DNA of 64,000 nucleotides from an uncultured Chloroflexia bacterium (GTDB lineage Bacteria; Chloroflexota; Limnocylindria; Limnocylindrales; CSP1-4): NCBI GenBank assembly GCA_963813535.1, contig CAWEZH010000002.1, positions 1,728,001 to 1,792,000 of the forward strand, read 5' to 3'. Shown piece by piece: positions 9,480 to 19,284 of this stretch (position 1 is its first letter; each line of letters starts with the position of its first letter). The notes under the pieces were generated by a model. It saw only the letters and a program-made list of their open reading frames with translations, ran no database searches and was not told where the DNA came from. The position numbers and the translations under genes were made by a program.

Positions 9480-10412
9480 TCAGCCGACCTCGACCGGTGC
9501 CCATCCGCCGGGCGGTGCGACGTCGACGAACCCCTCCGGATCCATGATCTCGGCCAGCATCTCGACGCCGTCGATGACACGCGGTCCAGGCCGGGAGAAG
9601 TACGCCGACCCATCGACCGCGAACACGGCGCCCGAACGCACGGCCGCAAGATCGCCCAGCCACGCCGGGTGCGGCGTCCTGGACCACTCATCGATCGTCT
9701 CGGCCAGGTGGAACCCGCAGGGCATCAGGAACACCATCTCGGGATCGACCTCGGCCACCGCATCCCACGTCGTGGCGTGCGATCTCTGCTCGTCGGCGCC
9801 GAGCAGGTCCCAGCCCCCGGCCCGACGGATCTGCTCGGGGACCCAGTGGCCGACGGCGAAGGGCGGATCGAGCCATTCGAGGCCGACCACGCGGACCGGC
9901 GATCGGCCGGCGTCCCGCCGACGGGCGACACGCTGCTCGACCGCGCCGAGCCGTTCGCGCAGCAATTCGACGAGGTCGATGGCGGCATCCTCGACCTCGG
10001 CCATGGCGCCGACGGTCGTGATGGTGTGGAGGATCCCCTCGATCGAGGTCGGCTCGAGCGACACGACCGTGATATCGGCATCGATCCGGCGCGCGACTTC
10101 GTTGACCTCCTGGTAGCTGACGGCGCACACGTGGCACAGCTCCTGGGTCAGGATCAGGTCTGGCTCCGTCGCGGCGAGCGCCTCCTCGTCGAGCTCGTAC
10201 AGCGACGACCCACCGTGCATCGCCGCCGTGACCCGCGCATGGATGTCGCGCGACGACGCCGTCGCGAGGTCGTGGACGCTCCGTGTCACGACGGGCTTGC
10301 CGACAACCGCCGGCGGCCAGTCACATTCGTGGGTCACCGCCACCAGCTCGTCCTGGAGCCCGATGGCGCAGACGATCTCGGTAGCCGACGGAAGAAGAGA
10401 CGCGATCCTCAT
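9480..10412 (-). CDS. BtuF-like 'cobalamin-binding' helical-backbone protein without signal peptide
   Basis: MRIASLLPSATEIV, VTHECDWP, PDLILTQELCHVCAV, GHWVPEQI and YFSRPGPR. Confidence 0.85.
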   Translation of the reverse strand: MRIASLLPSATEIVCAIGLQDELVAVTHECDWPPAVVGKPVVTRSVHDLATASSRDIHARVTAAMHGGSSLYELDEEALAATEPDLILTQELCHVCAVSYQEVNEVARRIDADITVVSLEPTSIEGILHTITTVGAMAEVEDAAIDLVELLRERLGAVEQRVARRRDAGRSPVRVVGLEWLDPPFAVGHWVPEQIRRAGGWDLLGADEQRSHATTWDAVAEVDPEMVFLMPCGFHLAETIDEWSRTPHPAWLGDLAAVRSGAVFAVDGSAYFSRPGPRVIDGVEMLAEIMDPEGFVDVAPPGGWAPVEVG

Positions 10413-10494
10413 GGGTCAGGTGCTGGCTACTGGCACCCTCAGCGGGGAGGTGTCACACGCGCACCGAGGCCTGAGGCGGAGCTCTGCGACGCCA

Positions 10495-10788
10495 TCAGCC
10501 CGAGGTAGGTTTGAGCTCGTCGACCGAGGCGCGGGCCGCCGCCTTGTCCGTGTACCAGGTCGCGTCGATCACCGTGTACTGGGCCCACTCGGGCGGCAGC
10601 GACTCCTCGGGGAAGATGGCGTTCACCGGGCACTCCGGCTCGCACGCTCCGCAGTCGATGCATTCATTCGGGTCGATGAACAGCTTCCGGTCCACGCCCT
10701 CTTCGTAGTGGATGCAGTCGACCGGACAGACGGATACGCACGAGATGTCGAGCACGTCGATACACGGCTCGGCGATCACGTAGGTCAT
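10495..10788 (-). CDS. fdxA: 7Fe ferredoxin ([3Fe-4S]+[4Fe-4S])
   Basis: MTYVIAEPCIDVLDISCVSVCPVDCI...ECIDCGACEPECPVNAIF, with a GAGGAGG RBS. Confidence 0.92.
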   Translation of the reverse strand: MTYVIAEPCIDVLDISCVSVCPVDCIHYEEGVDRKLFIDPNECIDCGACEPECPVNAIFPEESLPPEWAQYTVIDATWYTDKAAARASVDELKPTSG

Positions 10789-10910
10789 CCGGTTCCTCCT
10801 CGAGGCTGGAAAGGGTCGATGGATCGTCAGGAAAGCGCGTGGCGAGAGCGTACCACCGTGCGTGCGGCGGGTCCGTTCGCCCTGGCTGTGCCACGCCTCG
10901 CGCGCCGACC

Positions 10911-10939
10911 TTGACACGTCAGGGGTCGCGTCGCATCGT
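10911..10939 (+). promoter_or_regulatory. Sigma70-type promoter of the polyamine ABC operon
   Basis: TTGACA (10911-10916), a 17-nt spacer and CATCGT (10934-10939). Confidence 0.65.
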
Positions 10940-10989
10940 TCGCGCACCCGTCACCCCCGGGCTGAACGCGCGAGCAGCAGTGAGGGCGC

Positions 10990-12135
10990 TTGGCCATCCC
11001 GACCGACATCCGTGACCCGAACGCGAGTGCGGGCCCGGGTTCGTCGACGCCGTCCGTGACGACCGCGTCGGCGGCGATACCAGCCGTCCGCCTCGAGGGG
11101 GTCGAGAAGCGCTACGGCGACGTCGTCGCCGTAGATGGCATCGACCTCGACGTGCGCGACGGTGAGTTCTTCTCGATGCTCGGGCCGTCGGGCTCGGGCA
11201 AGACGACGACCCTCCGGATGATCGCCGGCTTCGAGCAACCGACAGCCGGTCGGATCCTGCTCCACGGCGGCGACGTCACCGGCGTCCCGCCGTTCGACCG
11301 TGACGTGAACACGGTGTTCCAGGACTACGCGCTGTTTCCCCATCTGAGCGTGGCCGACAACGTCGCGTACGGGCTGATGGTCCGCAAGGTCAAGCGCGAC
11401 GAGCGTCTCGCCCGCGTGAAGGACGCCCTGCGCATGGTCCGGCTGGAAGGCTATGACAAGCGCAAGCCGGGCCAGCTGTCCGGTGGCCAGCGCCAGCGCG
11501 TCGCACTGGCTCGGGCGCTCGTCAACCGTCCGCGCGTGCTGCTGCTCGACGAACCGCTTGGCGCGCTCGACCTGAAGCTGCGCGAAGAGATGCAGATCGA
11601 GCTCAAGGCGATCCAGCAGCAGGTCGGCATCACGTTCATCTACGTGACTCATGACCAGGAAGAGGCACTCACGATGAGCGACCGCCTGGCGGTCTTCAAC
11701 GCCGGCCGGATCGAGCAGCTCGGCTCGCCCGCCGAGGTCTACGAACGACCGGCTACACGGTTCGTCGCAGGTTTCGTCGGGACGTCGAACCTCCTCACCG
11801 GCGACGTCGCGGGGACGGTGCTTGGCAGGGCCGGCAGCTTCACGATCCGTCCCGAGAAGATCCGGCTGGCGTCGATCGATGGCGTGCCCGGGCCCGACGA
11901 ATCGTCGGCCCTCGGCACCATCCAGAGCGTCGTCTATCTCGGCCCCGACACGCGGTACATCGTCGAGCTGGAGGCCGGCGCCCGGCTCGTGGTGACCGAA
12001 CAGAACCTGTCGACCACCTCGACCGAGGTGCTCGAGCAGCAGGGCAAGGCTGTCCGCCTGATCTGGAAGCGACAGCACGAGCTACCCGTCGCCGACGGAA
12101 GTCGATCCGTGGAGGAAGAGGAGGAGACCCCATGA
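10990..12135 (+). CDS. potA: Polyamine ABC transporter ATP-binding protein
   Basis: [36 protein letters not shown] and a C-terminal TOBE-like region. Confidence 0.88.
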   Translation: MAIPTDIRDPNASAGPGSSTPSVTTASAAIPAVRLEGVEKRYGDVVAVDGIDLDVRDGEFFSMLGPSGSGKTTTLRMIAGFEQPTAGRILLHGGDVTGVPPFDRDVNTVFQDYALFPHLSVADNVAYGLMVRKVKRDERLARVKDALRMVRLEGYDKRKPGQLSGGQRQRVALARALVNRPRVLLLDEPLGALDLKLREEMQIELKAIQQQVGITFIYVTHDQEEALTMSDRLAVFNAGRIEQLGSPAEVYERPATRFVAGFVGTSNLLTGDVAGTVLGRAGSFTIRPEKIRLASIDGVPGPDESSALGTIQSVVYLGPDTRYIVELEAGARLVVTEQNLSTTSTEVLEQQGKAVRLIWKRQHELPVADGSRSVEEEEETP

Positions 12136-13310
12136 TCCATCGAAGGCTGCTGGCACTCGCCGGCGCCGCCTCGCTCGTCATCGCTGCGTGTAGTGGTACC
12201 GGGTCGGGGACACCCGCTCCCAGCCTCCCGACGTCGGTCGGTGAAGGAGAGGGTGCGCTCTCAGTCCTTGCGTGGCCGGGCTACGCCGAGAACGGGTCGA
12301 CCGACCCGGCTGTCGACTGGATCACCCCGTTCGAAGAGGCCACGGGGTGCAAGACCGAGGTGCAGGTGTTCGGCAGCTCGGACGAGGCCTTCAGCCTGTT
12401 CACCACCAACCCCGAGAAATTCGACGTCATCTCCGCATCCGGCGATGCGAGCCTGCGGCTTGTCCGAGCCGGCTATGTCGAGCCGGTCAACGTCGACCTC
12501 GTTCCGAGCTATGCGGACGTGTTCCCGGCACTCAAGGACAAGCCGTACAACACCGTGGACGGCGTGCACTATGGCGTCCCTCACGGCCGCGGCTCGAACC
12601 TTCTGATGTGGCGGACGGATGACGTCGATCCGGCGCCGACGACCTGGGCGGAGATGTTCGACCCCTCGTCGGCATTCGCGGGCAAGGTGTCGGTCTACGA
12701 CGCCCCGATCTACATCGCCGATGCGGCCGTCTTGCTGATGTCGACCAAGCCGGACCTGGGCATCAAGAACCCGTACGCCCTCGACGACACCCAGTTCCAG
12801 GCAGCTGTCGATCTGCTCAAGCAGCAGAAGCCGATGATCTCCCAGTACTGGGTCGACTACACGAAGCAGATGGATGCGTTCCGCAACGGTGACGCCACCG
12901 TCGGGACGACGTGGCAGGTCATCACGAACCTGCTGCAGGGCGAGGATCCGGCCGTCCCGGTCGAGGTCATCAAGCCGCCGGAAGGTGCCACTGGCTGGTC
13001 CGACACGTGGATGATCAATTCCAAGACGACCCACCGGAACTGCGCCTACAAGTTCATCGATCACATCGTTTCGCCAGCGGTGAACATCCAGGTCGCCGAG
13101 TGGTTCGGCGAGGCCCCTGGCAATTCGAAGGCGTGCGCGCTGGCGACGACGCCGGAGCATTGCGAGATCTTCCATGCGGACGATGACGCCTTCTGGGAAG
13201 ACGTCTGGTATTGGCAGACCCCGGAAGCCAAGTGCGTTGACGGTCGCACCGACAAGACGTGCAAAGACTTCGACGCATGGGTGACGGCCTGGACGGAGAT
13301 CAAGGGCTGA
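12132..13310 (+). CDS. Polyamine ABC transporter substrate-binding lipoprotein (PotD/YdcS-like)
   Basis: Lipobox [32 protein letters not shown] and AEWFGEAP. Confidence 0.88.
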   Translation: MIHRRLLALAGAASLVIAACSGTGSGTPAPSLPTSVGEGEGALSVLAWPGYAENGSTDPAVDWITPFEEATGCKTEVQVFGSSDEAFSLFTTNPEKFDVISASGDASLRLVRAGYVEPVNVDLVPSYADVFPALKDKPYNTVDGVHYGVPHGRGSNLLMWRTDDVDPAPTTWAEMFDPSSAFAGKVSVYDAPIYIADAAVLLMSTKPDLGIKNPYALDDTQFQAAVDLLKQQKPMISQYWVDYTKQMDAFRNGDATVGTTWQVITNLLQGEDPAVPVEVIKPPEGATGWSDTWMINSKTTHRNCAYKFIDHIVSPAVNIQVAEWFGEAPGNSKACALATTPEHCEIFHADDDAFWEDVWYWQTPEAKCVDGRTDKTCKDFDAWVTAWTEIKG

Positions 13311-13339
13311 GCGCGCCCTCTCCGAGGGCAGCTACCGCA

Positions 13340-13370
13340 GCGGCCCGGACCCCGGCGGGGCCCGGGCCGC
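13340..13370 (+). other. Intercistronic stem-loop after the substrate-binding gene
   Basis: gcggcccgg...ccgggccgc inverted repeat, followed directly by TATCGT-N6-ATG. Confidence 0.5.
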
Positions 13371-13383
13371 ATATCGTTCGACG

Positions 13384-14290
13384 ATGACGGCGAGCGACGG
13401 GGTGGCGACGACGGTCCCTCTCTCCGGATCGCGGCGTGTGGCCGCGGCCCTCTATCGCCGACCACGGCTCCGGCTCGGATTGCTGCTCGCCGGGCCCGTG
13501 GGCTGGCTCGTCGTGGCGTATCTCGGGTCGCTCGCCATCTTGTTTCTGAACGCCTTCTGGACGCGCGATCCGTTCACTGGCCTCGTCATCCGCGAATTCA
13601 CGCTGGACAACTTCGCCGAGGTCGCGACCGATCCGCTCTATCGGACTGTCACGCTGCGGACCGTGGGCATGGCATTCGCGGTGACGCTCACGTGCATCGT
13701 GCTGGCGTTTCCGATCGCCTACTACATGGCGCGCGTCGCCTCGCCCCGGGTCCGCGGCCTGATGGTCGTGGCCGTTCTGATGCCACTCTGGGCGAGCTAT
13801 CTCGTCAAGGCCTACTCGTGGCGGCTGATCCTGTCCGAGGACGGTGTGCTCAATTGGTTCCTTGCGCCGTTCGGGCTGCGGGGGCCCGGGCTGGGGGAAG
13901 GCATGGTCGGCCTCTGGATCGTGTTCACCTACCTGTGGCTGCCGTACATGATCCTGCCGATCTACGCCGGCCTCGAGCGGATCCCCGCCTCACTGCTGGA
14001 AGCCTCCGCGGACCTTGGAGGGCGGAGCTTCACGACCTTTCGGCGGGTGGTCCTGCCCCTCGCGTTCCCCGCGGTCGTGGCTGGCTCGATCTTCACCTTT
14101 TCGCTGACGCTCGGCGACTACATCGCGCCGGGGCTCGTGACGACGACGCAGTTCATCGGCACGCTGATCCTGTCGCGTTTCGGGGTCCCGGATCTGCCAC
14201 TTGCGGCCGCGCTCTCGATCGTGCCGCTCGCGATCATGGTCGGCTACCTGCTCGTCGCGCGGCGCCTTGGGCGCCTTCGAGGCGCTGTGA
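13384..14290 (+). CDS. potB: Polyamine ABC transporter permease 1 (apparent +1 insertion near the 3' end)
   Basis: PLWASYLVKAYSW and EAA loop LLEASADLGG. Removing one G at 14269-14271 gives RRLGAFEAL-TGA overlapping the next ATG. Confidence 0.82.
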
Positions 14291-15084
14291 TGAGCGGCCG
14301 GCTCGGTCGAGGGGCCCTCGGTCTGGTATCGATCGCGGTGCTGGCGTTCATGTACTTCCCGTTGGCCCTGATCGTCGTGTATGCCTTCAACGAGAGCGGC
14401 ACATCGGCGTGGCCTCCGTCTGGGATCTCGCTCAGATGGATCGCGCTGGCACTTGAGAACAGTGGGCTCCGTCAGGCCTTCATCACGTCGTTGGCGGCAG
14501 CGCTCGGGGCGACACTGATCGCCCTGCTCCTGGGGACACTCGCGGCCCTCGCAGTCGCTCGGTATCAATTCTTCGGGCGCGAGGCGATCTCATTCGTGGT
14601 CATCTTCCCGATCGCGCTGCCGGGCATCGTGACGGGCATGGCGCTGAGCACGACATTCGCCACGACAGGCGTGCCTCTCGGGCTCTTCGCGATCGTCATC
14701 GGTCACGCCACGTTCTGCATCGTGCTCGTCTATAACAACGCGATCGCCCGCCTTCGGCGGACCTCCGCATCGCTCGAGGAGGCGTCCTCCGACCTCGGCG
14801 CGGATAGCTGGCAGACGTTCCGGCGGGTCACCTTGCCCAGCATGCGGTCGGCGATGCTCGCCGGAGCGCTCCTGGCATTCGCGCTGTCATTCGACGAAGT
14901 GATCGTGACGATCTTCCTTGCGGGCGGCGTCCAAACGCTGCCCATCTGGATCTTCCAGAGTTTCCGACTGGCGAATCAGCTTGCGCTGGTGAACGTCGCG
15001 GGTCTCGTGGCGATCCTCCTGTCGGTCATCCCGGTGTACATCGCGACCCGGATCAGCACCGGCGTCGCGGGCGCCCGGACCTGA
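14290..15084 (+). CDS. potC: Polyamine ABC transporter permease 2
   Basis: PIALPGIVTG, LEEASSDLGA, FALSFDEVIVT and TLPIWIF. The ATG is in a TGATG overlap. Confidence 0.82.
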   Translation: MSGRLGRGALGLVSIAVLAFMYFPLALIVVYAFNESGTSAWPPSGISLRWIALALENSGLRQAFITSLAAALGATLIALLLGTLAALAVARYQFFGREAISFVVIFPIALPGIVTGMALSTTFATTGVPLGLFAIVIGHATFCIVLVYNNAIARLRRTSASLEEASSDLGADSWQTFRRVTLPSMRSAMLAGALLAFALSFDEVIVTIFLAGGVQTLPIWIFQSFRLANQLALVNVAGLVAILLSVIPVYIATRISTGVAGART

Positions 15085-15090
15085 GGCGAC

Positions 15091-15174
15091 TCACCAGCGA
15101 CGAGCGAGATCGCCGATCAGGGCGAGGGCGACGGGCAGCAGGGCGACGAGGGACTGGCGGATGCGTTCAGACAT
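15091..15174 (-). CDS. 27-aa hydrophobic micropeptide MSERIRQSLVALLPVALALIGDLARRW
   Basis: GGAGGT RBS upstream, mostly C/G-ending codons, TGA stop, and a candidate -10 (GATACT) near 15262-15269. The C-terminus matches the peptide at 4365. Confidence 0.7.
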   Translation of the reverse strand: MSERIRQSLVALLPVALALIGDLARRW

Positions 15175-15303
15175 GGGCGGCTCGACCTCCGCCGGACCCG
15201 GTACCGGCTCGCTCGACGGCCGACCCCATCGAGGAGTGCCCGGTCGTATGCCGTGGCGGCCAGTATCGCCACGGCCGCTTAGCTGCGGCTTATCAGCCGC
15301 GCG

Positions 15304-15474
15304 TCACATCGACGGGACGTAGTCGGGATCGAGGTACTTCTGCGGGTCGTCCTTGAAGTCCAGCAGGCACCCCTTGCTGCAGAACCAGTACGTCGTGCCC
15401 TCGTGGTCGTACGACAACAGCGACGTCGTCGTGTCCACCTTCATCCCACAGACGGGATCGATCTCGACGGCCAT
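15304..15474 (-). CDS. YHS/TRASH domain small metal-binding protein
   Basis: IDPVCGMKV...YWFCSKGCLLDFKDDPQKYL, with an AAGGAGG RBS. Confidence 0.9.
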   Translation of the reverse strand: MAVEIDPVCGMKVDTTTSLLSYDHEGTTYWFCSKGCLLDFKDDPQKYLDPDYVPSM

Positions 15475-15550
15475 CGGACGCCTCCTTGAGTACTCCCCCG
15501 GAGTATAGCCGCCGGTCACGCATGGCCGCCACCGAGCGTACAGTCCGACC

Positions 15551-15895
15551 ATGACCGAGCCCGACACGACGTCCGCCCGCGCCGCCTTGAAGGTCGAGCG
15601 TGCCCGGCTGCTCGCCGAGCTCGGTGAGGCGATCCAGGCACCCGGCCAGATGACCTACGGGTCGCAGGCGGCCGCGGCCAGCCAGGTCTTCGAGCAACAG
15701 CGCGATCTCGCCCTTCGCGACCATGCGACCCAGCAGCTCGAGCTCGTCGACGCGGCGCTCGAGCGCCTGGACGCCGGGAGCTTCGGCACGTGCCTGCGCT
15801 GCGGCAAGCCGATCGCGCCGGCGCGGCTCGAGGCGCTGCCGTGGGCGGCGCACTGCATCGAGTGCCAGAGCGCGGTCGACAAGGGTCGCCGGTGA
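15551..15895 (+). CDS. TraR/DksA family C4 zinc-finger protein
   Basis: Coiled coil, then ALERLDAGSFGTCLRCGKPIAPARLEALPWAAHCIEC. Confidence 0.9.
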   Translation: MTEPDTTSARAALKVERARLLAELGEAIQAPGQMTYGSQAAAASQVFEQQRDLALRDHATQQLELVDAALERLDAGSFGTCLRCGKPIAPARLEALPWAAHCIECQSAVDKGRR

Positions 15896-16887
15896 CGACG
15901 GTAGCCCCGGCGGACCTCGTCGGCATCGACGCGATCCGGGAGGCGGCCGATCGCCTCCGTGGGGTCGTCGTCCATACACCGTTGGTGCCGTACGTCGCGC
16001 CACCCGACGGCGTCTTCATCAAGGCCGAAAGCCTCCAGCCGATCGGGGCCTTCAAGATCCGCGGCGCGTACAACGCGATCGCCTCGCTGACCGACGGCGA
16101 GCGAGTGCGCGGCGTCATCACCTACTCCTCCGGCAATCACGCCCAGGGCGTCGCCCGTGCGGCGCGACTGCTGGGGACTCGGGCGGTGGTCGTGATGCCC
16201 GACGACGCCCCGACCATCAAACGCGACCGCGTCGCGGACGACGGTGCCGAGATCGTCATCGTCGGGCCTGCATCGGAGGAGCGCCAGGAACGGGCTGAAG
16301 CGATCGCCGCCGAGCGGGGACTGGCGATCATCCCGCCGTTCGACGACGACCGGATCATCGCCGGTCAGGGCACGATCGGGCTCGAGATCGTCGAGGACCT
16401 GTCGGCCACGGAGCTGATCCTCGTCCCGGTCGGTGGGGGCGGCCTGGCGAGCGGCGTCGCGGCCGCGGTCAAAGCGATCAGGCCGGACATCCGCGTCATC
16501 GGCGTCGAGCCTGAGCTCGCGGCCGATGCCCGCGACTCGCTGCGTCGTGGCGAGATCGTCCGCTGGTCCGCGGCCGATGTGTCCCGGACGATCGCCGACG
16601 GCACCCGTACGCAGGCGCTCGGAGCGCGGACGTTCGCTCACCTCCGGGCGCACCTCGACGACATCGTGACCCTCACCGAGGCGGAGATCGCCGGGGGCGT
16701 ACGGCTCACCGCGGAGCGGGCTCGGCTGGTCGTCGAGCCCTCGGGTGCGCTCGCCGTCGCTGCCGTCGCATTCCGACGCGGCGAGCTCGGGATCGGGGGT
16801 GGCGGTGTCACGGTGGCTGTCGCGAGCGGCGGCAACGTGGAACCGGCGGCTTTCCGGGCCTATCTCGAGGCGCCACTCCCGGGCTGA
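15892..16887 (+). CDS. Threonine/serine dehydratase (PLP fold type II)
   Basis: KAESLQPIGAFKIRGA, YSSGNHAQG, GQGTIGLE, PVGGGGL, VEPSGA and SGGN. Confidence 0.9.
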   Translation: MTTVAPADLVGIDAIREAADRLRGVVVHTPLVPYVAPPDGVFIKAESLQPIGAFKIRGAYNAIASLTDGERVRGVITYSSGNHAQGVARAARLLGTRAVVVMPDDAPTIKRDRVADDGAEIVIVGPASEERQERAEAIAAERGLAIIPPFDDDRIIAGQGTIGLEIVEDLSATELILVPVGGGGLASGVAAAVKAIRPDIRVIGVEPELAADARDSLRRGEIVRWSAADVSRTIADGTRTQALGARTFAHLRAHLDDIVTLTEAEIAGGVRLTAERARLVVEPSGALAVAAVAFRRGELGIGGGGVTVAVASGGNVEPAAFRAYLEAPLPG

Positions 16888-17948
16888 GGATCGGGCGTCG
16901 CCTCGGGCGCCTCCCGTCGCAGGCGCTCCGCGAGTCGCTTCTCCCGGTCGCGGATGAGGGCCATCTCCTCCGCCGCCCGCCTGTCCGTCCGGACGGCGTC
17001 GCGACTCTCGGCACGCGACCAACCGAGGAGGATCGCCAAGGTGGCGGCGAGGAAGATCATGTCGCCGATGACCCACATGAAGGCTGCGGCGATCTGCTGA
17101 TCCTCGAGCGGCGTGGGACCCCACGACCGCTGGACCGTGGCGTAATGCGGGTACAGCACGGTCTGGGCGTTGAGGATCACGACCGCAAGGAACGTGTTCT
17201 GGGTCATCTGGAGGAACACGTAGAGCGCTCGTGCCGGGTGCGACATCCGCCAGGGCGCCGGGTCAAGCGCGACGGCGGGCCACCAGAAGAGCAAGGCCGC
17301 ACCGAGGTAGACCGCGTGTTCGAAGTCGTGGATGAGCGGGTCCTCGAGCGCCGCGTCGAACAGCGGCGAGAAGTGGCTGACCCAGAGCACGCCCGCGAAG
17401 ATGAGCCACGCCACCACCGGGAACGCGAGGAAGCGCATCACGCGGCTGTGGAGGATCGGCAGGATCCAGCGGCGCCGGGTCGCCGGCGAGGAGACGCGGA
17501 GGATGAGCGTCACCGGCGCCGAGAGCGCGATGAGGGGCGCGACCACCAGCGTCAGGAGCACGTGCTGGACCATGTGGATCGAGAAGAGGGTCGTGTCGTA
17601 GCGATCGATCCCGGAAAGCAGGGCGAACGCCAAGGCGACCATCCCGCCGACGAACGCCATGGACCGACGACGAGGCACGGGGTTGGCGGGGTGGGCGACA
17701 TCGACCCGCCGCACGGCCCAGAACCACCAGGCGAGTGCGACGAGGATGCCCAGGGTCGGTAACGGCTCGAACGTCCAGCCGAGAAGGAGCGAGGCCGGCG
17801 TGGGCGGTTCGGTCGGGGCGGGTCCATGCGCCGCCACGGGGACCGCGGCGACGGCGACCCCGACGACGGCGCCGACCGTCGCGAGGCCGGCTACCGGCGT
17901 CCGCGCACGGTGTCGCCCCGCGGATCCGACGGCGCTCGTGATGCGCAT
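16860..17948 (-). CDS. ctaG: Cytochrome c oxidase assembly factor (Caa3_CtaG family)
   Basis: YDTTLFSIHMVQHVLL, HFSPLFDAAL, HDFEH, LLFWWP and DQQIAAAFMW. It is divergent from the cox operon. Confidence 0.85.
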   Translation of the reverse strand: MRITSAVGSAGRHRARTPVAGLATVGAVVGVAVAAVPVAAHGPAPTEPPTPASLLLGWTFEPLPTLGILVALAWWFWAVRRVDVAHPANPVPRRRSMAFVGGMVALAFALLSGIDRYDTTLFSIHMVQHVLLTLVVAPLIALSAPVTLILRVSSPATRRRWILPILHSRVMRFLAFPVVAWLIFAGVLWVSHFSPLFDAALEDPLIHDFEHAVYLGAALLFWWPAVALDPAPWRMSHPARALYVFLQMTQNTFLAVVILNAQTVLYPHYATVQRSWGPTPLEDQQIAAAFMWVIGDMIFLAATLAILLGWSRAESRDAVRTDRRAAEEMALIRDREKRLAERLRREAPEATPDPQPGSGASR

Positions 17949-18093
17949 GTCCGCATCGTCCCACGCCGCGTCGCGCACCGCCTCGAGCCGATGTAGCGGC
18001 CGCGCGATGCGCCGATGGTGCGCGGTAATATGACGATGGTCCGACCCGGGCGGGTCCGGACGCGTCCGCCTCCCACCCGCACCGAGGAGCTGC

Positions 18094-19275
18094 ATGGCGA
18101 GTTCCCCCAGGACCGGCCGCTCATCCGTCGGGATGGTCGCGTTGGTGGTCGGCGCACTCCTGCTCCTCGGGGCCGCGATGGTGATCGTCCTGGGGTTCGA
18201 CCCGGTTCGGGTCAGCCAGGGGGTCCTGGCTAGCTTCTTCCCGCCGCAGGCGATCACGGACCGTGGCGCCAAGATCCGCGAGCTCTACGACCTCGTGTTC
18301 GGGATCGCGGTCGTCATCTTCTTCGTGGTCGAGGGACTGATCGTCTGGAGTGTCATCCGCTACCGACGCCGGCCTGGTGATGACGAGCTGCCACCACAGA
18401 CCCATGGCAACGCGATCGCCGAGGTCGTCTGGACGGTCGTGCCGACGATCATCGTCGCGGTCATGTTCGTGGCGTCATGGGCGACGCTGAACACCGTGGA
18501 AGCCACGTCACCGGCTCCGGAGCACAAGGTGCGCGCAGTGGCCGCGCAGTTCCTGTGGACGTTCGACTACATGCCCGACGATTACGACCCGAAGTCCACG
18601 AAGGAGTTCGAGCCGCTCTATACGGTGACCACGCCCGAGGGCCCCGACGGCGGTCTGACGTTGCCCGTCGGTCGGACGATCCACCTGTACCTGCAGAGCC
18701 CAGACGTCATCCACGCGTTCTATGTCCCCCAATTCCTGTTCAAGCGCGACGTGGTCCCCGGCCGGGTGAACAACTTCGAGTTCACGCTCAATGAGCAGGA
18801 CGCGGGCGGGACATTCCATGGGCAATGCGCCGAGCTGTGCGGTTCCGGTCACAACTCGATGCACTTCGATGTCCACGCGATGGCCGCAGCGGAATTCGAC
18901 ACATGGCTCGAGACCAAGATCGCCGAGGCCGCGGCGTCGCCGCCACCCCCGCCGTCGGGTGAGCCCGGTCAGTCAGGCGAGCCGGCGGGCGGCCCCGTCC
19001 TGATGCTGGCCGCCGAGCAGGTCGCGTTCGACACGGCCGAGTTGTCCGCGCCCGCCGACACCCCATTCAAGATCGAGTTCGACAACCGCGACCCGTCGAT
19101 CCCGCACAACGTGGCGATCCACGAGGGATCCCCGACGGGTCCCGAGGTCTTCCGTGGCGAAGTCTTCCCCGGCCCGGCCAAGAAGACATACGACGTACCG
19201 GCGTTGCAGGCCGGTAGTTATGGCTTCATCTGCTCGGTCCATCCGACCATGGCCGGCACACTCACGGTCCAGTAG
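18094..19275 (+). CDS. coxB: Cytochrome c oxidase subunit II with C-terminal cupredoxin domain
   Basis: PPQTHGN, EVVWTVVP, DVIHAFYVP and CuA motif CAELCGSGHNSM. The extra domain is PHNV...CSVHPTM. Confidence 0.93.
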   Translation: MASSPRTGRSSVGMVALVVGALLLLGAAMVIVLGFDPVRVSQGVLASFFPPQAITDRGAKIRELYDLVFGIAVVIFFVVEGLIVWSVIRYRRRPGDDELPPQTHGNAIAEVVWTVVPTIIVAVMFVASWATLNTVEATSPAPEHKVRAVAAQFLWTFDYMPDDYDPKSTKEFEPLYTVTTPEGPDGGLTLPVGRTIHLYLQSPDVIHAFYVPQFLFKRDVVPGRVNNFEFTLNEQDAGGTFHGQCAELCGSGHNSMHFDVHAMAAAEFDTWLETKIAEAAASPPPPPSGEPGQSGEPAGGPVLMLAAEQVAFDTAELSAPADTPFKIEFDNRDPSIPHNVAIHEGSPTGPEVFRGEVFPGPAKKTYDVPALQAGSYGFICSVHPTMAGTLTVQ

Positions 19276-19284
19276 GAGTCCATC

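Noticed and set aside
6603-10508. 1301-aa plus-strand ORF and other long antisense or alternative-frame ORFs (e.g. 33691..36075, 40372..43332, 41484..43352, 19341..20960)
   Set aside because: Shadow ORFs of high-GC coding regions: low-complexity translations, no motifs, overlapping well-supported genes.
13384-15084. Fused PotB-PotC permease
   Set aside because: One extra G. The corrected sequence ends RRLGAFEAL-TGA overlapping the potC ATG.
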